From: Balanoglossus misakiensis
Lineage: Eukaryota > Animalia > Hemichordata
NCBI GenBank assembly: GCA_040954595.2
Contig: CM082593.2
Location: 3,737,434 to 3,801,433 of the forward strand
Direction of reading: 5' to 3'
Length of the DNA: 64,000 nt
A program made the translations under genes and the position numbers. Below are positions 27,175 through 42,100 of the stretch, piece by piece (positions within the stretch are counted from its first letter, which is position 1; the number at the start of each line of letters is the position of its first letter). Under the pieces are notes generated by a model that was given only the letters and a program-made list of their open reading frames with translations, made no database searches and was not told the DNA's origin.

Positions 27175-30100
27175 CTCTGGTTTGTACTTCAAACACACGA
27201 CTAAGTTATCGTGTCCTCGAATGCGTATTAATGGATAATCACAATGATCTCTACTTCAGTCAGGATATCCCACTCTGAAAATAAAGGGCACTGCGCCGCC
27301 AATGTTAGTATTAAATCAATGAGCACTGCCACAGCCAGAGGATAATTTACTTCAAGAGCAATGTGTTGTGTGCCCTCTTGTGTCGATTACTCGAGAAAGG
27401 AATAACCCTCGGCAAACAAACAAGTCTATATACAACCGTTTTGTATTGACATCGTCTGCTTGTGTATGTTTATGTACATATTATTTCACTGTGCTGATAA
27501 AAATACAATTGATTAATTCTATACGGTCTCTCGAAAGCGCTGGTTGTACTACCAACGCCCTCTACAGTGCAATTCGTCGACAATAGAAGTGGTCCTCATC
27601 TCTATGAACGCTGTCAGAGTTCGTACGGCCAGACCAGTGGTCTTTATACGGTCAACAAGACCAAAAAGACCAATGCATGTTTACCAGGCGATTTTTTGCA
27701 ATGCTTTTGAACATTCAAATTACATTTTCCCCGAAGTAGCAGAAACAACCCCACCTATACCCCTGTACAATTTGTATTCTAAACCGGGTTCCTCGTAACT
27801 TTGGTAAACGGGTGTACTAGGTGAAAGTTTTCAGCAGCAATACATAAAGTCGGGGTCACGTCTGACCATGAACCTTTCAGACGCATATGACGAAATCAAT
27901 TGCCTTTATTTTGAGACTCGGCAATGCTGTCTGTTAGGATGCTCGCAGGGCAAAACAGCGTTGTATACATCTTTTCGTCGACAGGGACGCGTTGCCATGG
28001 GAACACCATGGTCCGTACTCCATGACAAGTCAGCAGTGTAATGGGCTGAATGTCGCCGCAACAATGGCTGAATAGACAAAAAGGCTACAATGGACTATTT
28101 TGTGATGGCCTTTGTCGTACGTTGACGGGAATTGGGTCTGAGACACGTAGCGTAGGTATGTGCATTGAAATACTCCCCAATTAATGCGGGTATGCGTACT
28201 ACGGTATATTGATACGGACGGAGCATTAAAACAGCCTTCGTTTCGCTGAAGCCCAGGCAATCGACGTTCTTGGGTCTTGTAAGGGATTGCTTGAACTTCT
28301 GGACATATATGACTGCTTGAAATATCTCTGTTTGTGACGGACAATTGGTAGCACTAACTGACTAAGAAAAGGACTGTCCATATTTTTGATATCCGAGAGG
28401 GGGCATTATCATATCTACGACACAGGTAGGATCTCACGATTTATCCATATCCATTCACTTGGTGTGTGTACACTTATCATTGTGGGTCTCGTCAACATCT
28501 GGGACGAAAATTAACAGGTTCATATCTGAATGCGTTTACAAAGCAAGTTGAGTGTCAAACTGAGATTTAGTTACTGCCGTTTCACACTATACATGCAGGG
28601 GGCCGCGGACTGTACAATGACGCAAAGTACAATGTCCCATTTAACAACCCACGTTTCATAAACAATATTGCCTGCGTAACAAACTAAGAATTGAGAACAA
28701 TTATCAACAAATACGCTATCAGCAGCACAAGATGTGCTGCTTCCATCCTCTGAATCACGTAGAGACAATCCATTAATTTCAACAGACAGTCTTCAGCTGT
28801 GAGAGGTTTGAGAGAATCTGCAAGAATCTTCTGCTTCAAATTCACCGACTCGCTCCCAATTTGCAGCTGCAACCACACTTAATATTCCACCAATGTTTTC
28901 GGAACACATCGCCTGATCTGTCGACTCCTTGCGTTGCCGCACGTCGTAAAAATTTACTTGCACTTTCGATAACGGGGCGGCAGGAAACTGCTCCACTCAA
29001 CTCTGAAAGCATGCGTCAGATGGATAATTTGATTTGATACGATCGAGTGTGGGAAGGAGTGGGGGTTGCTATCCTCATCTGTCATTGTGTTCCCACTGCC
29101 AGTGTGTAAACCGATGAACACGAACGTCAATGCAGGCGGCTGTCGCTTCCTTGTGCAAATTCAGCTCTCTTCTGAACTCAGTCACAAAGCACACACACAC
29201 GGGATATATTTAAAAGTCTCGCTGGTAGTTTACCGGCTGGCCTATCTCATAGATACACATTAGTCTTACAGTCATGTTTAGCTATGGCTAATGTACATTG
29301 AAATATAATCTTCTGTTAATTTTCCCTATTTTCATCTTTTACTACTCGAAATTTTTTGTCTGTTTTATACTTGACCATCAAATCCTGAAGCATCCAAAAT
29401 ATACCAAGGGAAGTTGACAAAGTCTCAAAGGAAAGTAGGTCACATGCGAGCAAATCAGATATCTAATGACTTTCATATGGAAAGGTCTTTTCCCATCGAT
29501 CAATTTTCCAGATACGTTTATTTAGATGCAATCGGTATTTCAAACAGGCAATCTGGAAGAGACTGTCGTCGATTTTGTGTTCCCCTTCGCTCTTTTAGAT
29601 TGTATCAAGTGATGGTGTATGCGTACCAACTAGGATTTTTACCCACGAGCATGAGATAAAAGAAATCAACTGCAATAATGAAGCAGGGAGTCAGAAATGA
29701 TTTACGACCGAAGCATCAAAGTCTTTCAAATCATCGCCATTACAGGAAATATTGAAATGTTCAATTCTATGTTGAGAACGAGAGAAATGGGGGAAATAGA
29801 TAAGAAGAATGATTGGGGCAGATTTGGTACTAATTCAGAAAGTATGAAGGGACACATAGATCGTGCACAATTTCGTACACTCTCCCAAGGGGCCTTTTCA
29901 TACCCACAAAAACGAGTATTTCAACGAACACATTCCCGTTCTCAATTTCAGAATCCTGATTCATATTGCCCATTTATTGAAAACTGGTATATAGTAGAGG
30001 TAATTTCCAAGGTTACACTGGAGGTAGCTAGTTTATTTTTGGTCGTTATGTTTGACATTACTGGTATCAATCCGGTGAGTTCTACCGATGTAGGACCGAG

Positions 30101-33100
30101 ACTAAATATGCCTCTGCTGCTACACAATTAAATATTAAGTGAAATCATAATAAGGTAATGTTGTTATCATACTTTTGGGAGAATGTCTATTACTGGATTT
30201 CCGCTACGAAGACAACTAATATGCAAACACGGTCTCTGCTTGCGATGTTATCGCTATCAGTGGCATGGACGACGCATTGATAAGAATGCACTCTAATGGA
30301 ATGTAAAAGCTTACTTCTTCCATCGCCAGAGAAACTGTCTCTGACAATTTCTTCAGCCTTAATAGGGGGTCCTGGTCTGATTACCTGCCGTTCGACGAGA
30401 ACACATATTTGAACAATAAACAAGCTTGGATGTAGTACCCTGGAAGTTGGCTGGTACCCTGCCTCAGTGACAAGCACTTGCCTGATTGTCTTTTTTTTAA
30501 CCAAAACTTGAACATTTCTAATTCTATGGCTGGTTGCTGAGCTAATGTCATCTCCTTAAGAGACAGCCGCCACGCTGTTTGACCTGTAACCTCTCAAGAG
30601 CTGTCAAGCTTCTGAAGTTGCCGTCTTTTTTCAGTAGTTGTCTTTCTTCCTTCATGTACTCCAGCAGTAAAGATACATGTATGCAACTACACGAATGCGC
30701 AGTGCACCTAGCACACTTAAGGTGGCATGTCCATTTATCTTTCAACACAATTAGGCCTCTCCTTAACACGATATACGTACAACCAGACGATCTGCAGATA
30801 TAAGGAAAATACCATCCAGGTTTTCGCAAAATTTTAATGTATAGTCTGCTTCCAAGGTCCTATGCACAGATTATCTCAGTTGTACAGCAACTACCAGTGG
30901 CAGTTTTTGGTATTAATCCTTTCAAGAGTCGCGATTATATTCGAGATCAAAAAAACGAGATCGCCAGTCATTGACTTTTAATATTAGTGCCATTACAAGC
31001 ATGCTCAACAATCTCCATTCATTTTATATCAAGGAATGTGTATTATTAGCTTAGTTTATAGGCATAACGCTGTTATTACTTGCGTTCAGCTTGCCAGGTG
31101 AAAATTTACATATCAGAGTATTAAATGATGGAGGGTTGATATCACATTACGTCACCGTGTACAATAGATTCGAAATTGTTTTGAAGGTACAGCATATCGA
31201 TCGCAAATGCAGCCAATTTTACTTTTATTGGGGAGACTGACCGGCACCCCACAATTAGCGTGAAAAACATTCGAAAGAAGTAGTTTTCTTCAGAAGAAGT
31301 GACTCGCAGTTTTACAGTATGATGAGCTTTTTAGACCGAAATTTTGAAACTTTTGCTTAGTACACACTGTCAGGTTGGAACATCGCATGATGATGATGAT
31401 GATGGTGTTAATGAAGTTAATGATATCAGCTGTTGGTATTGTTGTTCATAGAAATTATTAACCTGAAGAAGACTAAATTATTTGATAGCTCCCTGGTATC
31501 CTGCGGCACAAATTACTGATATTAGCGGTCGGCGAAGGGTGATTTCTCTGCGGATTTTTCTACATGCCTAATCATGGCGGCACATTGTCGTCTTTTTCCC
31601 AAGGGCTGATAAGCACGTCATTCTTAATTGATCGATCTTCCACGTTATTTCGTGTCGCTGAACACAAACTCTGGCAGCGTTGATTACAGCCTGGGATGCA
31701 CCTGTCTCTGTTGCCATGGTCACCGGTTTTAAACAAATGCCGCGTGACGCTGATCCGAACCTCTCATGATAAGTCACAAGAGTATAATACGGCTCTGACT
31801 TCAGAGAAACGCCTTGAATTCTGTGCTCTTACTGAAAACCTGATGTAACTATTCATACGGTGTTCATGGCACAAACAGACTGTATAGGCTTTTATGCTAG
31901 AGCCTGTGACGTAGCTCTCGATGACGTCATTAATGTCTCGGCAAAACGTTTTGTGGGTGGAAGAGGGGGGGACTCGCAAGGATGCTCCCGATTGGTCAAT
32001 TTCTTTGCCACACCACTCATCAAACAGGTGAAAACCAGGTGCATGATGTATGAGAGTGGACCAAGTAAGATAAATATCAAATTGTATGTGTTCTCATACA
32101 TGTTATAACTATTAAAATGAAAATGCTTTTGATATATGAGAACCTTCACATATAGCAAGAAACTAAAGAATGAAAAACTCAAATTATGGTAAATATTTTC
32201 CCCCAATACTTTCATTTCTCTGATTGCTAACCTTCTTTCACGTTTACTTTTTTATTTATGTGAAATTTTACACTTAGATTGGTGCTAGCCTGTTAAAGTA
32301 AACAAATGATCAAGGTAAAATTTCAATTTTTGTGCTTGATGATTACTGTCAAACATGAATAAAAACTGGCTTACTTTTTCGTATGATTGCTCTCATATTG
32401 CACCGTGATGCAATAATACGCATACGTACAAATCTTAATGACCACTTAAATAGTCAGCATTACCAATATCTCTAGTGGCGCCAAGGAATTTCTTTCGTGG
32501 AAAAATCTGTATGAACGTCATTAAATTGCGGCCTGTTTGCTCTTCAGACGAAAGTAAACAAAAGACGAAAGTGTATATCAAAGCCCACAATTTTACGTCA
32601 ATGCTGTTATCCTTGGTAACTATTCAGTGTGCAACACTCTGTTGAACAAAAGCTGCACACTAGTGAAGCGGAAGTAGATTGTTTTCACAAATCTTTATTG
32701 ATTTGTTTTAATGGTCGCAAATTGGGCATCACACAAAAAAAACATCTCTTGCATTTATTCATTCGTTTTTTTATGATGCTTCGCTATTGTGACGGCAAAT
32801 CTTTTATCTGCAATTTCTGTCTTGCTATTATCTATGGCCATTATACGCGGAGATTCATCACCACCAAAATCGTCATTTCGGTGAGTTTATTTCTTTTAAA
32901 AGGCCTTCTCATTATTCTCGGCACCGCTGAGGTCGCATGCCTCGACGCTCAATTACTGCATCCACTAGTATCTGTCGACCAGTTATTCAAAGTGACAACA
33001 ATTCGAGTCAAATTATATTTTAATCTAAATTAAGCCGCCGTTGTCTCCATTGAAATATCACTAACTGTTTTTCAATTTGCTGCAGTCTCGAAACGGACAT

Positions 33101-36100
33101 GCGCGGGAATTGATGTGTTTGTAGCGGGAGTGTCTGTCATTTCAGCACAGGACTAGAGTTGGATCCGCCAGTAACGTTTGCTGGAAGGTTGATGTAAGCC
33201 CAGAATCAGCCAAAGTGTACCTCGACTATACCATTTTGTTAGAGGTCTTCTGTGATTAGCGATTTACAGAACTAACGACTGAAACACTGGATATAACTCG
33301 CAACACGATAACTCATCTGTCTACAGGTTTACCTTCAGGTACGTATTTCAAAGGAATTTTAACTATTTCAATGGAAGCAGCAACGGCATTTTACGACCGT
33401 CGCAGGACCGAAGTCACATAAAGACAAATTTTATCAAATTAACGTTAAAACACCTTTAGGAAGAACTTCAAAAACAGAACGTAACAGCTGAGCAAAAATA
33501 ATGTTTAATTTACATTGTGATGTGTAAGTATTGGCAAAGCGGCCTCCCGAAGAATGAACAGAAATTCATAAAAAAAAGATTCATCGATTTATTTGAGATA
33601 TTGTGTGCGTTTTAAAAGAAGGTACTTATCGCAAAAAAGGAAAACTAATCCTTATGGTAAATTCATCGCCGCGCTGTGCTGCCGACTAGTATTGCTAGTT
33701 GACACAGTGCTGCAAATGTTCTGCACCATCGACCATTCAGGCCTTAATGTACCATAATTTAAACGGGTGACACACAGTTAGCTTCAGAAAATACCGATTT
33801 ATAAACAATTACCGTGAGAGTACGTGTTGGTTTTCCGCAAACGACAATATATTACGGATTCAATACTAACGGTGACACGCCACACTGAGAAGCTGGGCCC
33901 GGTGCTTGGCAGGGGGAAATACCAATGTGTAGGTGTTCGTTTAAAAGTATTCATCGTTTCAAATTGCAAATTGCAGATGCAATTATTGCCTCTTATTAAA
34001 AAAGGCTTGATTGACAGTGCGTGGTTATTGTGCGTTAGACAATGGAGAACAGCAATGAAGCGTGGCCACATAAAGACAACACAACAATTAGTCAACGGGC
34101 GGCGACTTCAAAACGCGACGTTCTAATTAAGACATTGGTATTCAATAGTCCTGTGCTATTCACTATTTCAGTGTTCTTAATGTCTTGGTATCGTAAAATG
34201 TAGATTTATGTTTTGATATATTACGGCATACATGAGTAGATTTGAGTGTCGAACCCACACGCTTAAATTGCTTGCTTTCATATGATTGCTGGGGACAAGT
34301 CCTCGCTTCGTGTGTAGTTGATTTTTTCGTAGATACATGTGAGATGTATCTCTGGTATCTATGCACAAATTTTTTCATCATTGTGCCAATGCCTTACAAG
34401 GCATTACTCATTATATTGTGAGCACAGTCACTCCACACACTGGTGTGAATAAGTGTCTGCGGCCATTGCTTTTAAAATGATTCCCACTGGATCCATCCTG
34501 ATAGCCAGCCATTAGTTAGAAGAAATCGCCATATATTATATCATAAAAAGCCATATACATAGAATCAGGGTTAGGGCTTTTGAGTTAAACAGTTTTAACT
34601 GCACACTTTTGTCGTCAAGGATTATATTGATTTATTATATTGTCACGTGTGAGATTTGACAAATCGAGGTTGTCATAGCAAGCCCTGCGGGCTTATTCAT
34701 CAGAGTAGTTATATAAATCAGTTGATTAAAACGAACGCATTTAATGGTATTGACAAGTTGCTGACAGATATTATACCAATTGGCAAGTTGTTAAACATTA
34801 GTTGTCGGATAGATTTGCTATTCCCATTTTGCCGCCAAGAAATTATTGTCTTTTCTTTTAATTGGGAATTTTAGGATTCTCCTCTGTAAGTATAATAAAG
34901 CTCTGTAATGAAATATAAGGGTAACAGTGCTTGTTTTTAAACTTCAACTTGAAGACCGCGAATAATGAAAATAACTCATGAGAGAACATCACACTGCTCG
35001 ACAGAAAGTACTTATCGAATGCAGTGACGTGATCCTGTACACGATGAATCTTTTTCAAGTAGGACAGTGAAATATTACCGGTATTCACCGGAGCGTGAAG
35101 GCATGTGTATATAGAGTGCACTGAAATTTCAATCTGTAATGTTCTGCGGATCAAACATCCTTCTTGTAGTATTGATCTCATTCATATCAAACCTCGGCAG
35201 AACAATCCGACCGATGATTGATATCATCTTTGTCATTTGTGATCGATAGCCTTCATGCGAGATTTGTCCCGCAGTCATGTGTTTTGACAGATAACGCGTC
35301 TAGTGGCTTTATTCTTGAGACAAGCGAAGCAGTTAAGGGTTGATTGATTTATTGATCGAAGGAGTGAATGAGAAAATGAGTGAGTGGGTAAAAGAATGAA
35401 TGCATGAATCCACTCAGGTGCCCATCTACATGTACCCTACCACCCACCCAACCCAGAACCACCAACCAACCAACCATTATGTACAGGATAACTCTGTACG
35501 TTGGGAATTAAATTCAGTCATACAGGGAATCAATGGACTAGGGGAATAGATATTATGACTGAATGTTAATACTGAAGATGCATATGTTGTCTCTGCTATC
35601 GAACGGTGTCTGAATTATACATTGCTTTGTAAACATTAACCATTATCCATCCATTCCGTATAGCTCCTCGGCTAAATATTTTTGACGATATCAAATTACA
35701 AGATTACTTATTGATAGCCCGGATTGAAATATTACCCGTACCGGCTTCCAGGGAACAATAACTCTCCATGAAATGAATCCGTAATGGCATTATTTTCCAA
35801 CCAACTAATAAATCCCAGTTTTGGTAACATATACTTGTAAGTAGGGATTAGCTTGTACATCTCCTGTGGTAAAAGTTGAATTGTCTGAATTTCAAATATC
35901 GCCTGTACAAGTCAATGACTTCAGTACAAGTGGAGTACAAGTGTGGCTAACATGACCCTAAAATGACCGCGGCGTCTAAATGTCGAGGGCTATCAATAAA
36001 GATATAAGCACAACGATGGAGTAATTATTCTCAAACCCGTTCTACCTATAAATTTAAACAGTGCACCAGTGCCTTTTGACCAGCGCAAATGATCATAGCC

Positions 36101-39100
36101 ATGCAATCTTGTGTGTATATAGGACACCATAATTTTAAACCTTTCAAGCAATATCAGTTATCACTAGTATGAATGTTGCCCAGGTATAATGTGGCACATC
36201 ATCAAACAATTCTTACATAAAGCCAAATCAGATGGAATGTATAGAAATTCCACGTTAATTATGCTAATCATCGTTGCAAAGGATCTTGGACTAAACGATA
36301 ACCTACTTTAATGTCACTCAAGCATTTACGTCAATTGAGCCAAATATTATAGTTTTTTCTCAGGAAATTAGTTAATTTCATTACTTGATTCTTTATCGGA
36401 GGACCTTTGTTCTTTGCAAAGGGCAAATGCGGCGCACCAATAGTAATGCAATGCCGCTGAATATTAAAGGACGCCGTATACCCCAAGGGCAAATGTGTAA
36501 AGGTCTTAGAAGCCCTTGCTATTGTTATCAAAGCTTTAAATATTAATACAAATTTTTTTTTTATAGCCATGGTTATAATGCCAATTGGCAAAATAACAAA
36601 CATTACTTAATTGAATGCTTGCAAAAAGGTAAAAAGTTTCTGAAAGCTATAACTGTTGATGGAATATCTTATCAGCCCCCTGGGTATTAACAAACTATGA
36701 CATGATCAAGCGAACATAATTTTGAGGAATGAAAAAACCCCAGTGAACTATGCCAAGTGGATACTGATAAATTATTGATGATAACGATATGCCGAACCAG
36801 TGATGGGAATATCAATTAATAATTAATCTGGTTTGGGGGTTGAGCACAAAATCAATCATATAACTTGTCAATAAACAACGACATGTTCATTCATCACCTA
36901 TCAAAACAAATGTACATTCTGTTGACCATATTGTATTGTATGCCAAAGCCGGCGACCTTATGAGATCATTGCACCAAACAAATTGACATCTACAGTATAC
37001 TTGAGTTCGAACGAATATATTTAGTGCATGTCCTATAATATGGCATTATAGTTGTACACATTTCATTAGTATTAACTTTATACGCGAGAAGTACAGACAG
37101 ATTTAGATCTTATCTATTGACACATCGAGTCTTGGGCTGATGTGTGAGATGTCATGGGTCAAGCTTCTGCTACTTCATGTTAATGAAATTCTCCATGTTA
37201 CACCGACATCTCGACAGTTTTCTGTGACCCCGCCGTGGAACTGGAGCGTCGTCATATCCACCGAACGATTCATCAAGGTGACACGGTAAACGATATAAAG
37301 TCTTGGATCGTTTCGCATAGTGATGACAGACAAGGGCTTCTCTTGCTAACCATGCCAGGCGTTCGATATGGATGTTGATTAAGAATCTAGCGATATATAG
37401 CACGATGGCGTGATGTATGGCCGAGACAATCAGTGTCGGGAGCGCGGTAAACTTTATGGCCAGAGCGTGTGCCTCTTTATATCTTGCCTTGCATGGTTTC
37501 TCTACAGACGAGGCATTTAAATCGCATTTAATCACACAGTAGGTTTCCTTCCATGACCTTGGCGGAGAAAATTGTGGCATATGTGGCCAATTCAGAAGCT
37601 TTCTTTTTACAATGCATTCTTAAGCAACTCCAGTCAGACAGCAATTTTTGGGAACAATTTTTTTCTGCGACATCATTTTGTCCATGCAGTCTAGGACATT
37701 TGTTCTGCGTACACCTTGATCCAATCAAAGAAGGCAGGCATTTCATTGTTAAAAAAGCTTACAATAAAGAAGAAACTAAAATTACGTTATTCTGCATGAA
37801 AGTACGAAAACCCTTTGACTTGCGTGCAACATTCATTAGAAGCAAAACTCTCAAAAGGAGATATGCGGACCACCTATAGGAGTCATTTATTTTTTTATCA
37901 CACTGTATACTTATTTCAAATTTTCGTGTGGATAGAAATCGTGATTATGAAAAATAAAATCATTTCAGAATTGCCACAGAAAGAGTTTTCTTCTGAAATA
38001 TCCACTTAAGAGGTTTTTGTTCGTAATGTGATTAGTGCGGTTCACAGTTTCTGCACAGCATGAGTGGCTCAGCCAATCACTGGCATACCCCTGCTCCTTT
38101 AAATGGACTCGGTTTGTGAATGTTTGTCACGGAGGTTGGGCGGTCGAGCGCACTCCGTTCACACCGGCTGTCAGAACTGCAAAACAAAGTCCCTTCAAGC
38201 AATTTCATAATTGTCCTTGCGCTCATTGGTAATAATGGCACGCTCGGCAATTTTACGCACAAAAAACGTCATGTTTTTATTCGATTTCGAGGGAGTGACC
38301 TGTGAATGTCTTGGTGGCCGGTCTACTTGCCACTTCCCGCCAATTATATCGGACTACCCGAAAATTGTCGCGTGTTTAAAGAACGTTTGATGAAGAGCAC
38401 ACCTTGCATGGATTCAGCTTGGAATTATTGACTACGCAACAAAGATTGTTCAGAATAAATCCACCTAAATAATGAAAAAGACAGCACTGAGTTGTGAGAA
38501 ACAAGGCCTGGCCAACCCTGAAACTAGTCTCCAATATAGATTTTTGAATATCGTCGTGGCGTTGTTATTGGCATAAATTGTTACCGTAGGAAATAGCCAA
38601 ATGCTTTTCATCGATTTGCCTCGTACGCATGTGCTGTTAACAGCTTCTTCAGGAAATTCGCTCTTCTGGTTGATATTAATGGTGGTGACAACCGATCATT
38701 ATGGCAAGAGCTGGAAGGAAGTTAGTTTTCTTATTGTGCCATTGTTCACGCTGACCTCCATTTTCAAAGGGTCGCCGCCGTTTTAATATCTGGCCATAGC
38801 TGCTCAATAAGAGTGAATTGGGTTCACCCTCGTCCTACGTGTCCAATTATGAGCCGTTTCTAGTTTCTCTTAATTCAATTATTATAAACAGCAGTAGGGA
38901 AGTGCGGTGTGAATATTTAGTTGTATTAGAAGCCTTTGTGCACTTTGAAAAATAAGACGCTATAAACACAGGTTAATTGTCTCGGAGAGTGATCTTCCGG
39001 TAGAATATGGGTTTGTGGGCTGTTTTCAAATCTCTTGGAGAAGCACAGGGAAGTATATTCTGTCGCAAAGGTAGTTTTATTCCCTTGAATATTGCAACGA

Positions 39101-42100
39101 ATGTTATTCAGTCTATCCTTGGTTGCAGATGAATGAACAGGCCAAATAGAGCCTTCTGATCCACCGGTAGCGTAAAGGACAAAGTAGGTATAACTATGCT
39201 ATTGAAATGTGAGTAGTATTGCTTTGATCTTTCCATTGGGACTGCTGAATGTTCAGTCACGTGTTGGAAGATGGCGCTTTGCGCTTAAAGTTACATATGG
39301 ATAATCCGGACGTGTGACGACGTGGTAATTTTAAAATATAAATTAAGGTTGATAAATGGCTGAGTTTTCTTCCTCAAATGTAACAACTTTAAATGTCACG
39401 TAAGATCTTTCTTGAATACTGAAGTGAAGAGTGAAGCTTTAAACAACTTCTTTGATAGGTGTGATGGGGACATTGTGTGTGCATAACAATACGTGGTGCA
39501 AAGGCCGGTCTGTGACGCGAAAGACACCTTTTCACAATGAGCTGATGTCGACGTCTCCAGCACTCACAAGCCTTTCAAAATGTTGGATTTTACCTGAAAA
39601 GCCACCTATTGATTTAATACGCTGTGCTTTCCATCAACCCCCACTCTCATTTTCCGCGCAAAATTGCGCACCCAGAGTGGGCCGGTCTACTTTATGAATT
39701 AGATACAGTTCTCTTTGAACAGGCAAGCCACTTTATTTGAAAGTACGAATGATCGATCTAGAGCCTGCAGCTCCGCCAGTTAAAATATCAAAGAGTGCTC
39801 AGTTGAGAAAAAAAATCGTGACGACGCAAAAAATCTATTTGACCAGAACCAGGGTTCTCTTAAGGCGATGACGTCATCGACGTGAGAGGTCTGATGTAAC
39901 GTGACAAAACAAGACGATGAATTGCAGGACGCCTTGAAAACGTGATCACATGATGCGACGGTTGTTTATCGCAACCAGTATTAATACAGAGTAATAATTC
40001 ACAAATGTTCGGAATTGGAATAAATTTACTTGGAGTCATGCGAGGTCAAATCAAATACATAATAAAAGCCATTTAAGATTGTATAGAGCGACTTAACACA
40101 CTGACAGTGAAACCTAATAAAAACGCCAGAGTATATAGGCTATTTCCCTTTTAATGTTGCCAACGAGAAGACACAACAATGCTGTCCGTCGCTCGCGTCA
40201 GGAGAGCCCACTTTATGTGCATCCCCCGACACGCATTCCGATACACTAATAAATATCACCAGTCCCTCCGGCGAGAATGGTTTCGTCTAACTGTACATTG
40301 ATTTTCTCGCCGAGCGATGCAGGGTTTACACACAGGAGATTGTTTCAATCTTACAACGGCTCTCCCTCGTCGCAAAGATCTCACGCCGGTATTTCTCCCG
40401 AGTTGGGTTCCTTCGCTTACTGTTTTTTTTGCCCTTCGCGAGTCACTGATATGGTTGTTTCAACATCCTTGACTACTTGAATGACACGCCTACTGTTTGT
40501 GCAACATTTTTCAGACAGCCACTGAGTGACGAAATTCGATCGACGGTGTACCCGGTCGCCCTGCCAGTCTCTCAGGTTCTGAACGACTTATCAACATTGG
40601 CAGAGCCCCGTAGGGACAGTTCAATTCGGAACGACGCTGATTACGGAAGTTCCTTGGCGACCTGTGCATGGTGAGTACATTTGGTATTTACAACATTATC
40701 TCCTTGATTGATGTAGAACAGTTCTTGAATATTTCCCCAAAATTTCATATGCCAATTTTTCGTCTATTTGACTATGGAAATAGTTCATGTAATTTACTGT
40801 CTTCGCACAGAATGGTGATCATTTATTTGTGGCAAAAATCTTATCATTGTAAATAAATAAACAATGAGATGTCAAAATACTTGCGAGTCAATGCCTTGAT
40901 ATCTATGCTTGTTTAACCCCGATGTGATGTACAGTGTTACGAGAATGAAACATGAGTCTTCATTTCCCTATATGATCACGAATGCATCGTGCACGATCGA
41001 TTCTCAGTTGTATGTCCATTGAAAGATACAGAAGACCACTGGTCATTTTTTCAAAGTTGGCAGTCATCAAAATTTCAAAAGATGATTTCTGTTGGTCGCT
41101 TTATTAAGATCAAGCAACTAAGCAAGAAAGCAAGCAAACAAACAAACAAATAATAACACACACAAGCAAACAGAACCACTTTTGCCACCGTCATCTCCGT
41201 TTCACGTGATAGGTCAGCCAAGCGAACTCAGAATACATAGTTACGACGAAATCACCATCTCGTATTCTTGTGCGAAAAATCCAGTTTGAAGACTTTTGAC
41301 ACAGACAAGGCCAACTCATTCTATGGATTCAATAGCATTCTATTTCCATCATTCCATAGGAAAGTCGAGACTTAGTGCAACCGTGGCTTTCTCTGCATGG
41401 TTCGGGAAAGTTCTAATTCGGTCGGAGCCAAATATACTCCTTGCAGACGAGTTATTGTCAATCTGTCGAATTTAATTATGTAACTCTAGTCGAATCGATT
41501 ATTTCTGTGCCTTAAGTGGTGTTGATTGCCACTTCTCCCAACAGGGAGACTGAAACCTGACCAGGCAAACACACCGTGGCTTTTTGCTCTGTGAGTACGA
41601 CTGCTTTTCAGCTCGAGATGCGGGCTTCATCTCATACCTCGCTTCTGAGCCCAACAGAATAAATCTATAAAAAGAGGAGGATATAGACTCCGCATTGCTG
41701 GGATTCCGTGGTCACAAAAATACCCATCACGCATGACTCTGACCCGGTGTGCCTTGACTGCATTGAAAATAGCATTCGAGCAAACCCTCGATGGTGCATT
41801 TTGTGGCAATCAACAAAATCAAGGGAAGAAGCCAACCTGGTGAGCACAGGGGGGGGGGGAGAGCCACCGTTAGATAAAATTATCTGTCCTCGCATTTCGA
41901 GCATGCAAAATCTCCACATAATGACGCCCCTGATGAGAACGTTTATTGTGGATCCTCGTCGCGCTACTATTCACAGCGATACGCTCATCCGTCGCCATGG
42001 TGACGCCTTAATCGTCTTTCTCTAATGCCAACGACTTATGACTGAGTTGATTTCATGGGTGACCGGTCGGAGAGCGGCGGGTCATGCCGCTAAACAGCTA

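Noticed and set aside
29697-30131. 144-aa ORF with WGRFG resembling a protein-primed PolB motif
   Set aside because: A single short motif with no other polymerase motifs or element context.
37170-37879. Overlapping 108-136 aa ORFs
   Set aside because: No recognisable domain or convincing splice context; consistent with chance ORFs.
39285-39392. TTAA-flanked ~100-bp MITE candidate (and a TA-flanked candidate at ~10120-10184)
   Set aside because: The terminal inverted repeats are short and imperfect, with no second copy in the window to support them.
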